Below, one piece after another: positions 12,839 through 27,449 of a stretch of DNA of 64,000 nt. How positions within the stretch are numbered: position 1 is the stretch's first letter; each line of letters starts with the position of its first letter. The notes under the pieces are model-generated. The model made no database searches and was not told the origin of the DNA. It was given only the letters and a program-made list of their open reading frames with translations. Made by a program: the position numbers and the translations under genes. Origin of the DNA: Octopus sinensis. Lineage: Eukaryota. The stretch lies in contig NC_043000.1 of NCBI RefSeq assembly GCF_006345805.1, positions 163,618,001-163,682,000 of the forward strand. Direction: 5' to 3'.

Positions 12839-13094
12839 GAATATAGATAGATGCATCGGTTAGGAGGCGAAAATAATTGATATTGTGTGATGCTAATGTA
12901 AACAAAGTGGTAATTCTTACATTAAATTTTTGTTCTTGCGCTGATAAATTCGCTGGGTAGGGGTTTGCTTGTGGTAGATTGGTTAGTTTCTTTTGGTAAT
13001 AAGGGCGGGGTGAGTATTATTTAGGTGCAGATTTCCTAGTTTAATTAAGCACATTAGCTTAATTGAACTAGGAAACCCGCATATATATATTCTT

Positions 13095-13208
13095 CATTCT
13101 TTTATTCTTTTATCTTGTTTCAGTCATTTGATTGCGGCCATGCTGGGGGCACCTGCTTTAGTCGAGCAAATCGAACCCAGGACTTATTTTTTGTAAGCTT
13201 AGTACTTA

Positions 13209-13210
<2 letters not shown>
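13095..13210 (-). mobile_element. SINE family A 3' fragment
   Basis: cttgtttcagtcatttgattgcggccatgctgg, matching the other SINE tails. Confidence 0.7.
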
Positions 13211-13266
<56 letters not shown>

Positions 13267-13339
13267 CTATATATATAGTATATGTGTATACTATATATAT
13301 AATATGCATATATATATATATATGTATACCTATTTATTT

Positions 13340-13868
<529 letters not shown>

Positions 13869-13872
13869 TATG

Positions 13873-13904
<32 letters not shown>

Positions 13905-13908
13905 ATAA

Positions 13909-13985
<77 letters not shown>

Positions 13986-14019
13986 CAGAGCGAGAGAGAG
14001 ACAGACAGACAGACACAAA

Positions 14020-14880
14020 GGGTGTGATGGCTAAATTATCACAATTTTATATATTTAATTTCGCGCATGCGAATTGTTTGTTTTCTGTGATTTTGTCGAC
14101 TACACAGTATAGATGGGTCGGTTGAGCACCTTCTGTGAGAAAAGCAGCACCATGACGCAATTCACTCGGCCTGAAATTTGGAAACCACATTCTGTGCTGA
14201 TTGGTATTCGCACCGAAGCTCCAATTTGAATATTTCCGAGTGTTTGGGTGTCAATCTGAGGGCAGTGCAATCCGTGGACATGTACCGAGAGTGATAAAAA
14301 TCAAGCATCCAGTCAACATCATGATGTTTGGAGTAATCACTAGTGATGGCGATGTTATACCTCTATTCATCTTCCCACATGGCTTCAGACTCAACATGGT
14401 GGCCTAGATCAAGTGCCTGGAGGAGGTAGTGTAGCCCTGAATCAAGAGGGTGGCTGCTGGAATACTCTATGTCTGGCAACAGGACTCTGCAACATGCCAC
14501 ACAAGCAAGAGAATCCAGTCATGACTGTCAGACAATTTCTGCGACCACATCACTCCTAACATCTGGCCACCTGACTCTAAGACTACAACGCCCTTGATTA
14601 TTATGTGTGGGGCGCAGTTAAGCGAGAGACCAACAAAACTACTTGTAACACCAAAGAGGAACTGAAGGCAATGATTATGCTACCTTTGACCAACTTAAGA
14701 AGGAGACCATCCAGAAGAGTTGCAGGAGATTCCGAATGTGTCTGGAGGCTGTAGTTGAAGTCAATGGCGTCTTTATTGAATAAATTTCAAGGTAGTTTTA
14801 TGTAATTTTGGTAAATGTATCTGTTAAAATGAGATGCGAGTATTTATTTTTTCATTTTTGCGTAATTTAGACGACAGTTT
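14020..14880 (+). mobile_element. Tc1/mariner maT (DD37D) relic
   Basis: VNIMMFGVITSDG, WQQDSATCHT..SDNFCDHITPNIWPP..LDYYVWG; about 37 residues between the second and third Asp after restoring a small indel. Confidence 0.85.
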
Positions 14881-14919
14881 ATTCACCACAACAGCAAGCA
14901 GACAGACAAGTAGGCAGGT

Positions 14920-14989
14920 AGATAATTAGATAGATAGATAGGTGGATAGATAGATAGGTAGATAGATAGATAGACAGGTAGATAATTAT

Positions 14990-15077
<88 letters not shown>

Positions 15078-15090
15078 TTGATAGATAGAT
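14920..15090. repeat. (GATA)n microsatellite
   Basis: Direct inspection. Confidence 0.95.
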
Positions 15091-15874
15091 TGTGAGTAAC
15101 ATGTTTACAAGCATTGTAGAATAAATTGGTAACTGTGAGAGTGAAGAAATTTTTCAGCAAAACATGAGGAAAAGGCAAGTTAAGAGAGTAAGAGATTATG
15201 GTAAGAGGTGGGAAATGTAACAAGTGTTACTGGAAGGGAGTCAGCGGTCGAATCTAAGAGAGAAATGGAACAACATTTTTGTCTGATACAGGTTTTGTGT
15301 GTCTGTGTCTAAGCGAAGTGTAAAGCGTCTGTTTGCATGTGTGTGTTCCAAACTATATTTGCGTGTGTGTTTTGCATTTGTGCTTGGGTCTGTGTTTGTG
15401 GTGTAAATGTGATAAAGAATCTGTGAAATCATCATGATTCAGCGTCAAAAGGGAAACAGCTTGATTACAACACGCTTGGTTTACAGTTAAAGGCCAACGG
15501 GTATCTTTCCCGGACACATGTTATCGATATAGTGATGATTTCTAAGCTCTCCTTCTCCTTCCCCCTCCCTCTCCCTCTCCCTCCTTCTTCCTCTCCTTCC
15601 CCCTCTCTCTCTCTTTCCCTCTCATTTTCTCTCCTTGCATCTCCGTAAGTCTTCTTTTCTTCCTCCACACTAAACTGTGATATTTGAAACGTTGTAATAA
15701 ATTGAATTATGCACCCCACACACACACGCATACAAGCACACAAACATATTCACATACAAACACTCATGCACACAAAAGAAAAACACATCATCATGCACCA
15801 CACACACACATATACCAATTCAAATCACTTTAATGAAAGTTTCATGCCCAGGGGCAATCCCTAGACGACGGGGG

Positions 15875-16032
15875 TTAGTGGTGAGAGCTCTGTCACAGTC
15901 GGACTACACACTAGGAACGGAACGACTTGTTAGATACTTCGGTTGGCTTCATCCAATTCATCATTTCGTAGATTTCCAGTGGACTGATTGATCAGCTTTG
16001 TCATCCAGCTGTCCCCGAGCTCTCACCACTAA
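15875..16032. repeat. 16-bp perfect inverted repeat flanking about 125 bp
   Basis: ttagtggtgagagctc (15875-15890) and gagctctcaccactaa (16017-16032). Confidence 0.7.
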
Positions 16033-16185
16033 ATATACTTGGCTGAGGAGCGCATGTGAAAATGAAACCCTCAATAATCAGATATGAATTGGTGGAAGCT
16101 AAGATACACAATCGATTTACTCAGACCTTAAAAGTGAGTTCTTTTCAGTTAATTAATAAAGTTTTTGTTGTTGTTGTCGTTATTA

Positions 16186-16235
<50 letters not shown>

Positions 16236-16339
16236 GAAGTGTTATTACAATTGCAAACCCTGTGTCTATATACACACACACACACACACCACACACACAC
16301 ACACACACACATACACACACACACACATATATATATAAT

Positions 16340-16378
<39 letters not shown>

Positions 16379-16395
16379 TGAGAGAGAGAGAGATG

Positions 16396-16469
<74 letters not shown>

Positions 16470-16477
16470 CACAAAGA

Positions 16478-16625
16478 TGCGAGGGGTGTTGCAAAGTTGC
16501 AGTCTTTTAGGCTATCGCGAAAGACCTGGTTGGAGACCCAGCCTTCTGAGTTCTTTTACAGGGCTTAGAAAATCTGAAAGACGGCTACAGTTAGTGTGTA
16601 AATCTGGGAGGGAAATATGTTGGTT
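16478..16625 (+). mobile_element. Internally deleted mariner remnant
   Basis: tgcgaggggtgttgcaaagt TIR-like start joined to a C-terminal QPSEFFYRA...VNL.G.YV-like sequence. Confidence 0.55.
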
Positions 16626-16639
16626 TAAGTGATGGCGGG

Positions 16640-16655
16640 GATGATGATGATGATA

Positions 16656-16717
<62 letters not shown>
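16640..16717. repeat. (GAT)n microsatellite
   Basis: Direct inspection; explains the poly-His ORF in the track. Confidence 0.95.
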
Positions 16718-19614
16718 AAACAAGAAGAGAAAATTTGTCAATACATGTCATTCTTAGAATATGACCATATTTATTTGGGCAAAGCATTTTGCCATTACTT
16801 CAGGAAAGCTCGATTTCTAGATGACCATAATGGACTATAATTAAAAACATACCTCAAATTAAAATGGCGCCTGCCCTTGTGTTTCATTTGTTAATAAATA
16901 CTACGCGATTTATATTATCTAAATGTATTGCAAAGCAAAACCCTAATAATACATCAAAATATACTTGATCGATTATAACAGTCATTCCATACAGATGTTA
17001 TATAACTTCTATGGACCACAATGTTTCTATGCTGTATATTACCACTTATCTATTTTTAATGTCGTTCTAGAATATAGAACATGCATCATAATGGAGACTG
17101 ATATCACAATAATAATAAACGCAGTAACTTTAAATTTGTTAGAATTTTATGATAATTCCTAGTAGCATATCTGGAAATGTGAATGGTGCAAGGCTCTGCC
17201 CTACAGTGGTTAGTACGATATACTCTGCTTCACACAGATATAACAAAAATTTTCAACAAAGCCAACCATAGTTTTGTATGTAAGATTATAACACTCTAAC
17301 CACAAAACAACCCATAAATATTTCACAAACAATCCAACCCAAATTCACCTGCAGAGACTCAGTTGCTCTTTTCTAGAAAACCGGCATAAGAGAAGTTATA
17401 TATATCACGAAAAAATATTTTAGCGTCTTTTCCGTTCTCAAACTAAGATATTTAACAGACGTAGAATCAAAGAGAGCTATTCTTGCTGTTACGACATCGT
17501 TACCTACCTGTAATTGTAATGTACCGTACACTTGTCCAAGTAATAGTAACTGCATGGCTAAATCATTGGTTTATCATGTTATAATGCAGATAGATAAAAA
17601 AAAAAAGAGCACAGCAGAGCAGAATGACTAAGAAATTCAAACTTTATCTCAAAAATGGGATTTTCACAAATTTGTAAACACGTTTGTTTTAAAACAATCT
17701 AGCACGGCTGCATTTAAAACAAAATGAAACATTTACCATAGGCATGTGTCTCACCTAAATCTAGGAAGTCTTCATTATATTCCAAGACTTTCATGCATTA
17801 AACAAAAGTTTTGCATTATCATTTTCCTACAGTCGCACTTCTAAGTATTGACTTACGATTATATTTCATATCTTCTCTTAACGCTAGATTGTGAAAATGC
17901 TCCTCACAACTATATTCTAATCACAACTTAATCGCTATACTAAAAACTTTTTAATTAACAAATTTGTTTTATTTTATGTAAGAAGCAAAATATTAAGAAT
18001 TAGAAATTAAACATTTTCTTCAACTTAGCTTAACTTAGAAGAGATTTTCCAGAAGCAAACCACGTGGTTAAAATGCTCTGGCCGCTTTTTAAAAATTACC
18101 CACGAATAAATGGCGGATAGCACAATCTCATCCCAGCGGATGGTACAATGGGAAATAGAAGCTACAATTCTTATGTCCACCCAAAAAGAGTATGCTAAAA
18201 CGGGCTCACGAAACTTGTTTGTAGTAAAAACATCAAATGTAACTACAAAAAGAAATTTTTCGCAAGGCGGATATGTCCTGGAAGTATTATTACCCGCATG
18301 TAGGAAATTCCTATCTTTCTCTTTTCTTTACAACTAAGCAGCTATCCCTTTAAACTATTCTCTTTCTTTCTAAAAAGAAAATCTTTGTAGGATGTTGAAT
18401 AAAGGCTTAATTAAACTGTGTCTCGAGTTATTTCGTGCCGACGATTTCAAAGGGGATTGAAACAGTACTACAGACAACTACCAGTGACTAAAAGCTTTAA
18501 AAACCTTAGGAGCATTATTTTATTTTATTAAGAAAAAATTAAGAATTAGAAATTTAAAATACAAGTTCTTCAACTTAGTTTAACCTAGAAAAGATTCTCT
18601 CCTGTTTAATTGTAAAGTAAACCACGTGTTTACTTTTTATAGCTTTCAGTTATCTCCTCTACACTGCTTGACTAAACTCCCCACCTCCACTGTACATTCA
18701 TCTGAATAGTATTTTAATGTATATTCTTGAAATAATTTTTCTTCCTTCACCCTAATCAGCTTTCTTTTAATTACACGGTATTTCCATCTTAACATCAACG
18801 CTCCTTTACTCATTTTAAAAATTTTATTTAATTTTATGAACATCGAATATACATAGTCGTTCATTTTATCTCCTCCCCCATTTTCTCCTCCTTAACTATT
18901 TTGTTTAATTATTCAAATATTTCCACTCCATTTATTTTCACTATGTTTTATATTCCGTTCTTCCTAATCGCCCAAACATCAGATGCCCAGGACTCGAAGC
19001 AACGATTTTTGTCCTTTCAAGCTTCCAATGAAATATTATATAACGCTGTATGTCTTGTACTGAATAATTTCTGTTAGCTTTGTTTGCATTCAACTGTTTA
19101 CACACATACATGTGTACATATGTACAAATATATATATATATACATAATAACTATAAATGTCCATACGCGTGAGTTTTCCTGTGTGCGGATGTCTGCCAAC
19201 CCAGACCGTCACTTAAAGAACATTATGGGCTTCAGCTATATCTCTGTCATTCAATATGCCTTTCACATTTTCAATGTCGATAAAATATACATGAGTACAT
19301 ATTTTATATACTGGTGTTCCTTTCATCGCTGCGTATTTTCTCCAAAACTTGGCGTTCTGCCTTTTCAAAAGAAAGAAATATCAGTCAATTATATTTCTAA
19401 TTAACGACGGTATAATTAACACAAATTCCAGTTAACTATGTTTATAAATGAAAGGGTGGATGTTATGCAAGAAATGGTAGGGTGCCGAAAAAATTACTTT
19501 GTACTGTTTAAGTTTTGCTTTGATATAAACTGGCGGATCCTCATTTCCATTCATTCTTTTGGGATCGTTAGATTAACTCCTGTAATGTAGCGACATCTCT
19601 TCTGTGAGCAAACA

Positions 19615-20472
19615 GATCTATTACATGGAAAAATGCAAGCAAAAGAAATAAAATTCTTAAGATTATAAACCTGGAAAATTACAGGATAAGTTATTACACT
19701 TGGAAAAGTTCAGGACAAGTTATTATATCTGGTAAAGTACGGAACAAGAAAAGGTTTATTTAAAATATTGCAGCTAAGGATAAAATTTCAAATAAAGTAT
19801 TTAGATTTAGAAAATATTTGCTTTTATTAAAACTAAACATTTTTTTTACAAGTTATTGCTTCTGTATGTTATTACTTCTATTAAAAATAAAAATAACTCA
19901 AAATATTTTTTGCACATTAAAACATTTTATTTTCTTGATTATTAATTAATAATCAGAAATTTGAAAATAGGTTATAAAAAATAATAGTAGTACATAATTA
20001 GTTAGTACAATAAATAGAATAATACATAAATCAGTTACATATTACAGTAAAATCTACCTATAACAACAAATTCCCAGTAAAATTTGCTTGAGTTATTGTC
20101 TAAGTTATTGCCAAGTTTTCACATATTTAGTCGTGACCCAATGCCTATTTTTTACATAATGAATTTGCCTACCATATATACTATTCTACTTTGCATAAAA
20201 CTTTAGCTATATTAGTACTTCTGTTTCTCGTTTTTTACGTATTCTAGTGTGCCAATATTTTAACAAAATGATGGTACCTTTTCAATTATAATGTTGTGAA
20301 TTAAAATCAAATAATTTTTAATATTCAAATTTTATCGTTAGCTGCAATATTTTAAATTAAAATGTTTTTCTTCTGTACTTTACCAGATGTTATAACTTGT
20401 CCTGTAATTTTCCAGGTTTATAATCTTAAGAATATTATTTCTCTTGCTCGTATTTTCCATGTAATCCATATT
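19615..20472. mobile_element. MITE/foldback element with long imperfect terminal inverted repeats (about 190 bp)
   Basis: 19619-19800 is the reverse complement of about 20300-20470 (ttcttaagattataaacctggaaaat; aaaatattgcagctaa.gataaaattt); AT-rich non-coding interior. Confidence 0.75.
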
Positions 20473-21199
20473 TTTTCCAGATATGCTATTATGCTAATTA
20501 ATAACGTGTCAAATGTGTCATTTGCTGGTGTCGTTGATATTTTTCTTTACCTCAATGATGCCGGTGACACATATTAAAAGTCCCCTTATAGAACTGTATT
20601 CATAAAAAAAAATATAGAACTATATTTTCACCCTCAAATTTGAGAAACAAACACTCATAACTTTTTTATTTTTAAAACTTCATTGCATGAGATTGATTCC
20701 ATGAAATTCTTCGAATTGAGCTCTTTCATTTAAGCTTAATTAAAATATAGTTTGGTTTTAAATAAAAAAGTTAATTATACTTAAATCCAATATTTTGATT
20801 GATTGATTGATTTTTCGTGATATTTTGCCTCAGTTTTTTTTAAATATAAATTTTTGTTGCATGGGACCAAAACTATAAAATTCTTCATGCTTTCTTTTAT
20901 CATTGAAGCTAAGATAAATATATTTTGCTTTTAAAATAAAAAAAAAGTTATTTTGATCTAAACTTGATCGGTGGTGTTGCTTACTCACCTATAACGTTGC
21001 TACAAATTTTGATGTAAACTTTTTTCTACTCGATCAAATCTCAATTTTTAATGCCAAACTGTAACAGTTTTCAATTTGGTTAAGAACTCAATTAACGACA
21101 AGCTCTAAAAGATGCTGCGTGTGAGTAAAATGCGGCCTTAAGTATATTATTCAACTGCTACCGTAGTTGAATGATAAACACTTTGTAGCTATGACTATT

Positions 21200-21960
21200 T
21201 CGTTTTATGACCACGGATGCAATATCTCTAAGACAACGTTATTTTATCTGCCTCTCTCTTTTCTTTTTTCTGTTTTCCAAAGGCGATGTGGTAAGATCTG
21301 AGTGAATTCTGACTGAAGTTTAATATGGTGCTACTACTATACACGCATGCATTCTGGATCACAAACAAAGGAAAGCTACTCCACTGATTAGTGAGATTGG
21401 TGAAGTTGCTCACGAACCCACTTTAAACTCTGTTCTACGGCCAGTATGCCCTCGCTTTGTGCTTCTACCAATGTTACTATAATAGCTTCTGATTTTTGAA
21501 TAGGGGTCGCTTCCTGTCACCTCCGCTGAAATATACATGGCCTACTCATGACTCCTTCGCTCATCAGTAAAATTGTGTCCACAACACCTAAATTCGCACT
21601 AACTTTTGCGCCTATTGCTTCCTTTTCAGAAGTGTGGACTACCTGGAACTTCCTCCTTGCAGCCATTGACGTGGCTCTTCGAAGACCAAGGACATAATGT
21701 CTTCCTTCAGACCAAGTCAATAAAAGATATGTGATGCTCTCCGTTTCTCTTCTGTCCTTATTTTCTTCCTCACCCCAATTTCTAATTTGTGATTTACACC
21801 TGTCCAAAGGACCAATTATTGCCTTCTTATCTTCTCTATTTATGTTTGCATACCTTAGTTTCAGTTTAATATTATAACTATTTTGATTTTTATGCCTATA
21901 TTTGTGTTGTTGATGTTGGTGATTGTAGTATGATGGTGAGCTCCAGACTGCTCCCATCGA
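21200..21960 (-). pseudogene. Possible highly decayed RTE-like LINE segment
   Basis: Weak resemblance only (VWSSP..N.Q like the endonuclease end TWxSP..NQID; KWVREQLHQ like the linker RWxEYF). Confidence 0.25.
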
Positions 21961-23419
21961 ATCGATCTATGGTTAAAGGTCTTCCTCCCGTGACTAATCC
22001 AACTTTTTCAGACATAGAATCTACAGACAAAGAGAAAGTGAAAGAGAAAGAGAGAGAGAGAGGGGGGGAAAGAGACAGACAGACAGACAGACAGAACGAA
22101 AGAAGGAAAGAAAGAAAGAATGAAAGAATGAAAGAACGAAAGAGAGGTGTTGTTCAGTAGTATTGATTGGGGTAATGGTGGCGATGAGGAAGGTGCCACA
22201 GAAGAGATATTTGTGTGTGTTTGTAATTATATGTATGTATGCATTATGTATGTATATATATATGCATGCATGTATATATGCATATATACGTATAATCACA
22301 CACATTTCCAGAGCACAACAACGATATCAACAACAGTAACGGCAGCAAAAGCAAAAAACTACGATAATGAAGACGAACAAACAAAATATATATGAAAGAT
22401 TCGTAATGAAGAGAAAAGGGAAAATATCTCAAGCAAATGCTGAGAGGGTGGAGGTAGAGAATGTCGGTAGATGGGGATGGTGTTTGTGTTGAGGTCATAT
22501 AATAGTTGAGGGGGATGGATGAGGTTGCGGGGGATAGAGGAGGTTGAGGGGGATGGAGGAGGTTGAGGTGGGTTACACTATACAAATTTACTTACCATCG
22601 AATTTACTGATTCTCGTCTGGGCAATGAAACGTTTGGTATTCATTTACATGTCTTCATGTATGTATAAGTAAATATACATCTGCGCGCGCACTTGCTTGC
22701 GTCTCTGTGTATGTACGTGTATGTGTGTGTGTGTGCGTGTGTGTATGCGTGTGTTTTGATAGAGTAGTGTATATAGTAAAGTGTAGTATTGTAAAGGAGC
22801 TAACGGACTGGTAACATACATACATATATGACGACATACAATATGATAACAAACACATATGATAACATACATATGTAATAACATACTTACATGATAACAT
22901 ATAAAAAGGTAAATATATATCCGTGTTTTTATGTATGTCGTCTGTGTGTATACGTGTTTGTGTGTGTATACGTGTTTGTGTGTGGATCTGTATTTATGCA
23001 TACATTCTAGTGTGTGTAGTAGAATAATAAGATGATAAAAAAGGTAGTAAGCTATTAATATAGTTTCATGTTTACACTTTTTCTCTTTTACTTGTTTTTG
23101 GCAGCGGACTACGGCTATGTTGGTACTGCTTAGTATATGTATTTAAGTATTTCTATCTATCCTGTTGATCACAGTACTTTTTTTATAACTAGCAGTTAAA
23201 ATCTCCATCGAATGACACACGACTGTCTTTACAAAGGAAGGACAATTGGAGAATGAAAAGTTATGAACGTCAGAAAGATGGGATGGTCACAGCATGAAGA
23301 TCCTTGATCTTGGATCGGTTCGATTTCGACTGACATATCGCTGAACAATATCAAAAATAAAGGCAAATATGATGACAACAGAATAAAAGTAACATATAGA
23401 ATAATGGTTTTAAATTTTA

Positions 23420-23595
23420 GCACAAGGCCAGCAATTTCGGTTGAGGGTGTAAGTCGATTACATTGACCCCAATACTCAACTGGTACTCATTTTATCAAGC
23501 CCAAAAGGATGAAAGGCAAAATCAACCTCGGCAGCATTTGAACCTGGAACATAAAAACGGACGAAATGCCGCTAAGCATTTTGTCAGCTCGCTGT
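23420..23595 (-). mobile_element. tRNA-derived SINE family B
   Basis: Reverse complement of gcgagctg.caaaatgcttagcggcatttcgtc..gttc..aaat..cgagg, shared with 28952 and 53853. Confidence 0.8.
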
Positions 23596-24829
23596 CTTAA
23601 ATATACAAAATTATTTAGAAAATAATATACCAGTGATTCAGTTATTATAAAACCTACTATGGCAATGAAAACGAATACAATAAGAGCAGTTACAAAATGA
23701 AAAATAATAATATAACGGCTACAATAATATAACAACAATAAAAACAACCTAAACAATTGAAAACAACAAGAGCAAAAATACCAGCAATAATATACGAATG
23801 ATCGCTGTCACTATAACAACGACGACAAGAAATGAAAACGTTAAGATTCCTGATGTCAAATGTCGTATGTGTCGAAGTGCTGATTGATATACATCAACGA
23901 ATGATTGTGATATCAGGGTCAAATATAATCTCTGTCGACTAGTAATGTTTCTTACCCTCTGCCCACTCGTTTTCCCATCAATATCCTTTATTGCTCTTCT
24001 AAGATCGTGTTGTCTTTGTCTCTCTCTTTTACTCTCGTTCGTTTCTTTGAGAAAGGTGAATACGGTTTTTAGGTAAAGGAACAATGAAGAAGCATGTTAT
24101 CATCCACCCAACCTGCAACGAAACTAGGAAAAACAGCCGAACGGTTCTTATAAACCAAAGGGAAAAGCAATTGAACCGAAGTAAAAATTCCTCCCGCAAA
24201 CTGTCTGCAGTCTTCTCCACTAAGTTCATGTATAAACCAGCATCATCGTTATCATGAGCATTAATACTTCTACGACTATTCAATACAGATTGTGGCGAGC
24301 GACTTGTGCATGATATGAATGCGAACTTCGTGAGTACGCGTAATATGTTACTGGAGCCATTTTAAAACCATTTAGAATTCATATCAAACTCCTAAGGGCG
24401 CAGAAGGTGTTCGCTTATTTCAGAAACGATTACAATGAGTCATGATGTTGTTGATGGCGATTATGTCATCAATGACACTGTCTTAGTTCTCGTCATACAT
24501 CGTACGCCTGTGGCGAATTGATGACACCACAATGAAAGTCTTTACGATTAAGAAGGACTTTTCTAGCTGTTTTATTTCATTAAATTTGTCATGAAGACAG
24601 TACTTCGATTGGGTAGCCTTGTGGGCTGGACAAGACATTAATGAAATGAATGATAATGATACAAGGATGATAAGGATGAAAGAAGACAGAAAGTGCCCGC
24701 CGACCCTCTGCTTCTCTATAACATTGTTCTTTAACAATACATTACATGAGGCAATGAACCTTTTGCAATTCGTCTATAATGACAACAATATTAATCATTA
24801 CAAATATATACATATTTCGGCGCTAAGCC

Positions 24830-25400
24830 TATTCTTCTTCGCCCCCGACCAGGCTGTGAGCTGCCCATAGGTACTGCTCCGGATCCCAGTTGGGGTCTCA
24901 AAAATCGACTCTAAACAAGTCCTTCGTAAAGGAGCCCAACACCCTGGACATGTTGACCTCCAATATGACCTTCGCAGTCACCTGCGAAGGCCAATTCGGA
25001 TTTTCGGTCCAGGCTAAGGGCTCCTCCGCAACCGGCTCTTGATATTATGCATTCATTGTGTTCTTTGCTTTCCTTTTGATTTATTGCCCGCTGTTCTTCC
25101 TTCTTTGATGTCTTCCATACCTCTGTTTTTCCGAATATGGCTATGATATATGAGCTTTTGTTTTTTTCCCAATGCTCAAGAGTTGTCTTTCACCTACTTG
25201 TAACACCCATTCATTTGTCTCATGGTCCTTGTAAGAGACTCGAAACATTCTCCTATATACCCACATTTCGAACACATTCACGACGACATTACGATGATAA
25301 TATAAAACGACAGAGACTGCGCGCGCCAATCGCGTCTCCTTACTTATTTTATTCAGATAGTCGTGAGTTTTTGCCTTACTGGAGCTGTGCATGCTGTATA
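24830..25400 (-). mobile_element. RTE-clade LINE 3' fragment
   Basis: FEMWVYRRMFRVSYKDHETNEWVL, typical of the RTE C-terminus; a gaagaagaa tail-like end near 24835. Confidence 0.7.
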
Positions 25401-27449
25401 ATTTTGTATTTTTGTATACTATGAATCAGTGAGCTTCTGGAAGCTGCTCTATACTAAGGATAACTAATCAACAACGCAGGAGGGAAGCTGCTTGAGACGA
25501 TGCTAAAAAGTTAAGAGACATTTTGAATTAAAAAGAAAACGTTTCCGTTCAATAAGAAACATTAAATAATTAAGACAAGGCAGTTGTAATGTAGTCTTCT
25601 TGTCGATGTTTTTGTTGCTTAGGTTCATAAACTGGTCGAGTAGGGCTGTGATCAAAGGGATTCGTCTTTGATCAGACATAGTATATCACTGCTACTTCAA
25701 TGTGTTGTGTATATATGTGTATGTGTGCAATAGTGTGAGTGAATGATTGCAATAACGTATATGTAAGAAATGAAAACGTTCCTTAATTCTTAATATATCA
25801 CTGGTTAAATATTGAAAGATTTGCATTCTTTATATAACGTCCACTAGAATTCAACCGAGCAAAATCCATTCCTTTGGCAACCGACAAACGGCCAAAGACT
25901 GAGGAAACAGACAGTACGTGTAAATATAGGGAAATATTTCCCCTCACGAAAATCGATCTTATGTCTCTGAATCTCATAGCCGTAACCTTACCACCGTACC
26001 ACGGTGCTCGCAATATTTATTAGTTATACACAGTCAAATAAACAAAGGAAAGAACATGCAGCTAGAAATCTCGTTATTTTCACTGAACCAGCCACACAAC
26101 GACAACATGAAGCAGCAAGGGAGCTTCTATGTAGTCACTCGATCGGCTCAATTTAGTATCAAAAATGTTCTTCATCTCCATCAACAAACTTCCTACCGCT
26201 TTTAATATCAGGACCAAATGAGTCTGCAAGAGAGCTTGTACGAAGTCGCTCTGCACCGCTCAATTTAGCAGCCAAAACCAGCGGCAACAAAATCCCCCTC
26301 TGTCTTTAAAATAAAAACCACATGTTTTTTTTTTTAAGTTCTACATCTTCTGACAAAAGAGTAATTAGGTAAGTACACACACACATACCTCACCACACTC
26401 GTGTGTGTGGAGAGAGAGAGAGAAGGAGAGTGAGTGAGTGAGAGGGAGGGAGAGAGTGAAGGAGCTTAAGATATTACATCAACAAATTTATAGGTTACAA
26501 TAATGGATATATATTTTGGTTCAGAAAGAAGACCAAAATATTGTTAAAAGCAAATGTTTTGCCGTTGTACACAAACCTTTTGAAGTGTTGAAATTATTCA
26601 GTGAACAAAAAGGAAACTGATATCTATGACCCTAAGACGATTAATAATAAAAAAGAATACGAGATAAACGAAGCCTATGCGCGATGACTCGACCTGTAAG
26701 AAATAGCTTCTAAATCTCTCTCATACCACACACTCTAATTTTACAGGAATAAATGACACATACACAGTGCCTCGAGTAAGAGTTGGGCGGTTTTTACCAA
26801 AGATCAGCTTGGATGCTGTTATCATGGGTCATAAACACCACACCAGACTTGCCATTTAAGAAAATCTGTTCTCTGGAATATCCTCTATGCCCAGGTTTTA
26901 CGAGCAGGTGTTGAAATACGACTGTTTATATGGGACATTATAATGGTATCCGTCTCACCCGTCGTCTCAGAGTGTCTGCAAAGGTCCTGGCACAGCATCT
27001 TCCTCAGAACCAGCAAGTAAAGGAAAAAGAAAGAGAAGATAATCGCACTTCGAAACGTTGTTTGAAGGGGAGAGTATAATGAAATAAGCTTAAAGCTAGG
27101 TGTTCTTAATACTTGAGCATTTCATGTTCTTTTCCATTGTTTTAGACCACGTTATCTATTTGGAGAGCTGAGGAATGGTGTGGCTTTGTTAACCTTTATA
27201 ATTCTTAAATCTAGTATTAAAGGTCTTCTGAAATGTAGATAAGGGCAAAATAAAAAGAGTGCTTCACAAACATGCTTCGTAGTATTTAGTTGCTGTTATG
27301 CCCTAAATTGGAACCACACCGAGGTCGAATCTTTCTGTCATCCCTCCAGAGTCGATTACAAACATACCAATCAACTCCTGGGATCAATTTAACCGGCGGT
27401 GCCCTTTCGAGACGGTGGTTTTTCTCTTATATTTCTAATAATATGTAGT

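Noticed and set aside
16765-16805. GGCAAA/TTTGCC stem between CTGAAGT and CAAA on the minus strand
   Set aside because: Both core segments are mutated and stems I and III are absent; too degenerate to call.
22500-22575. G-rich ~20-bp repeats with G-quadruplex potential
   Set aside because: Only three short units with long loops; ordinary simple repeat.
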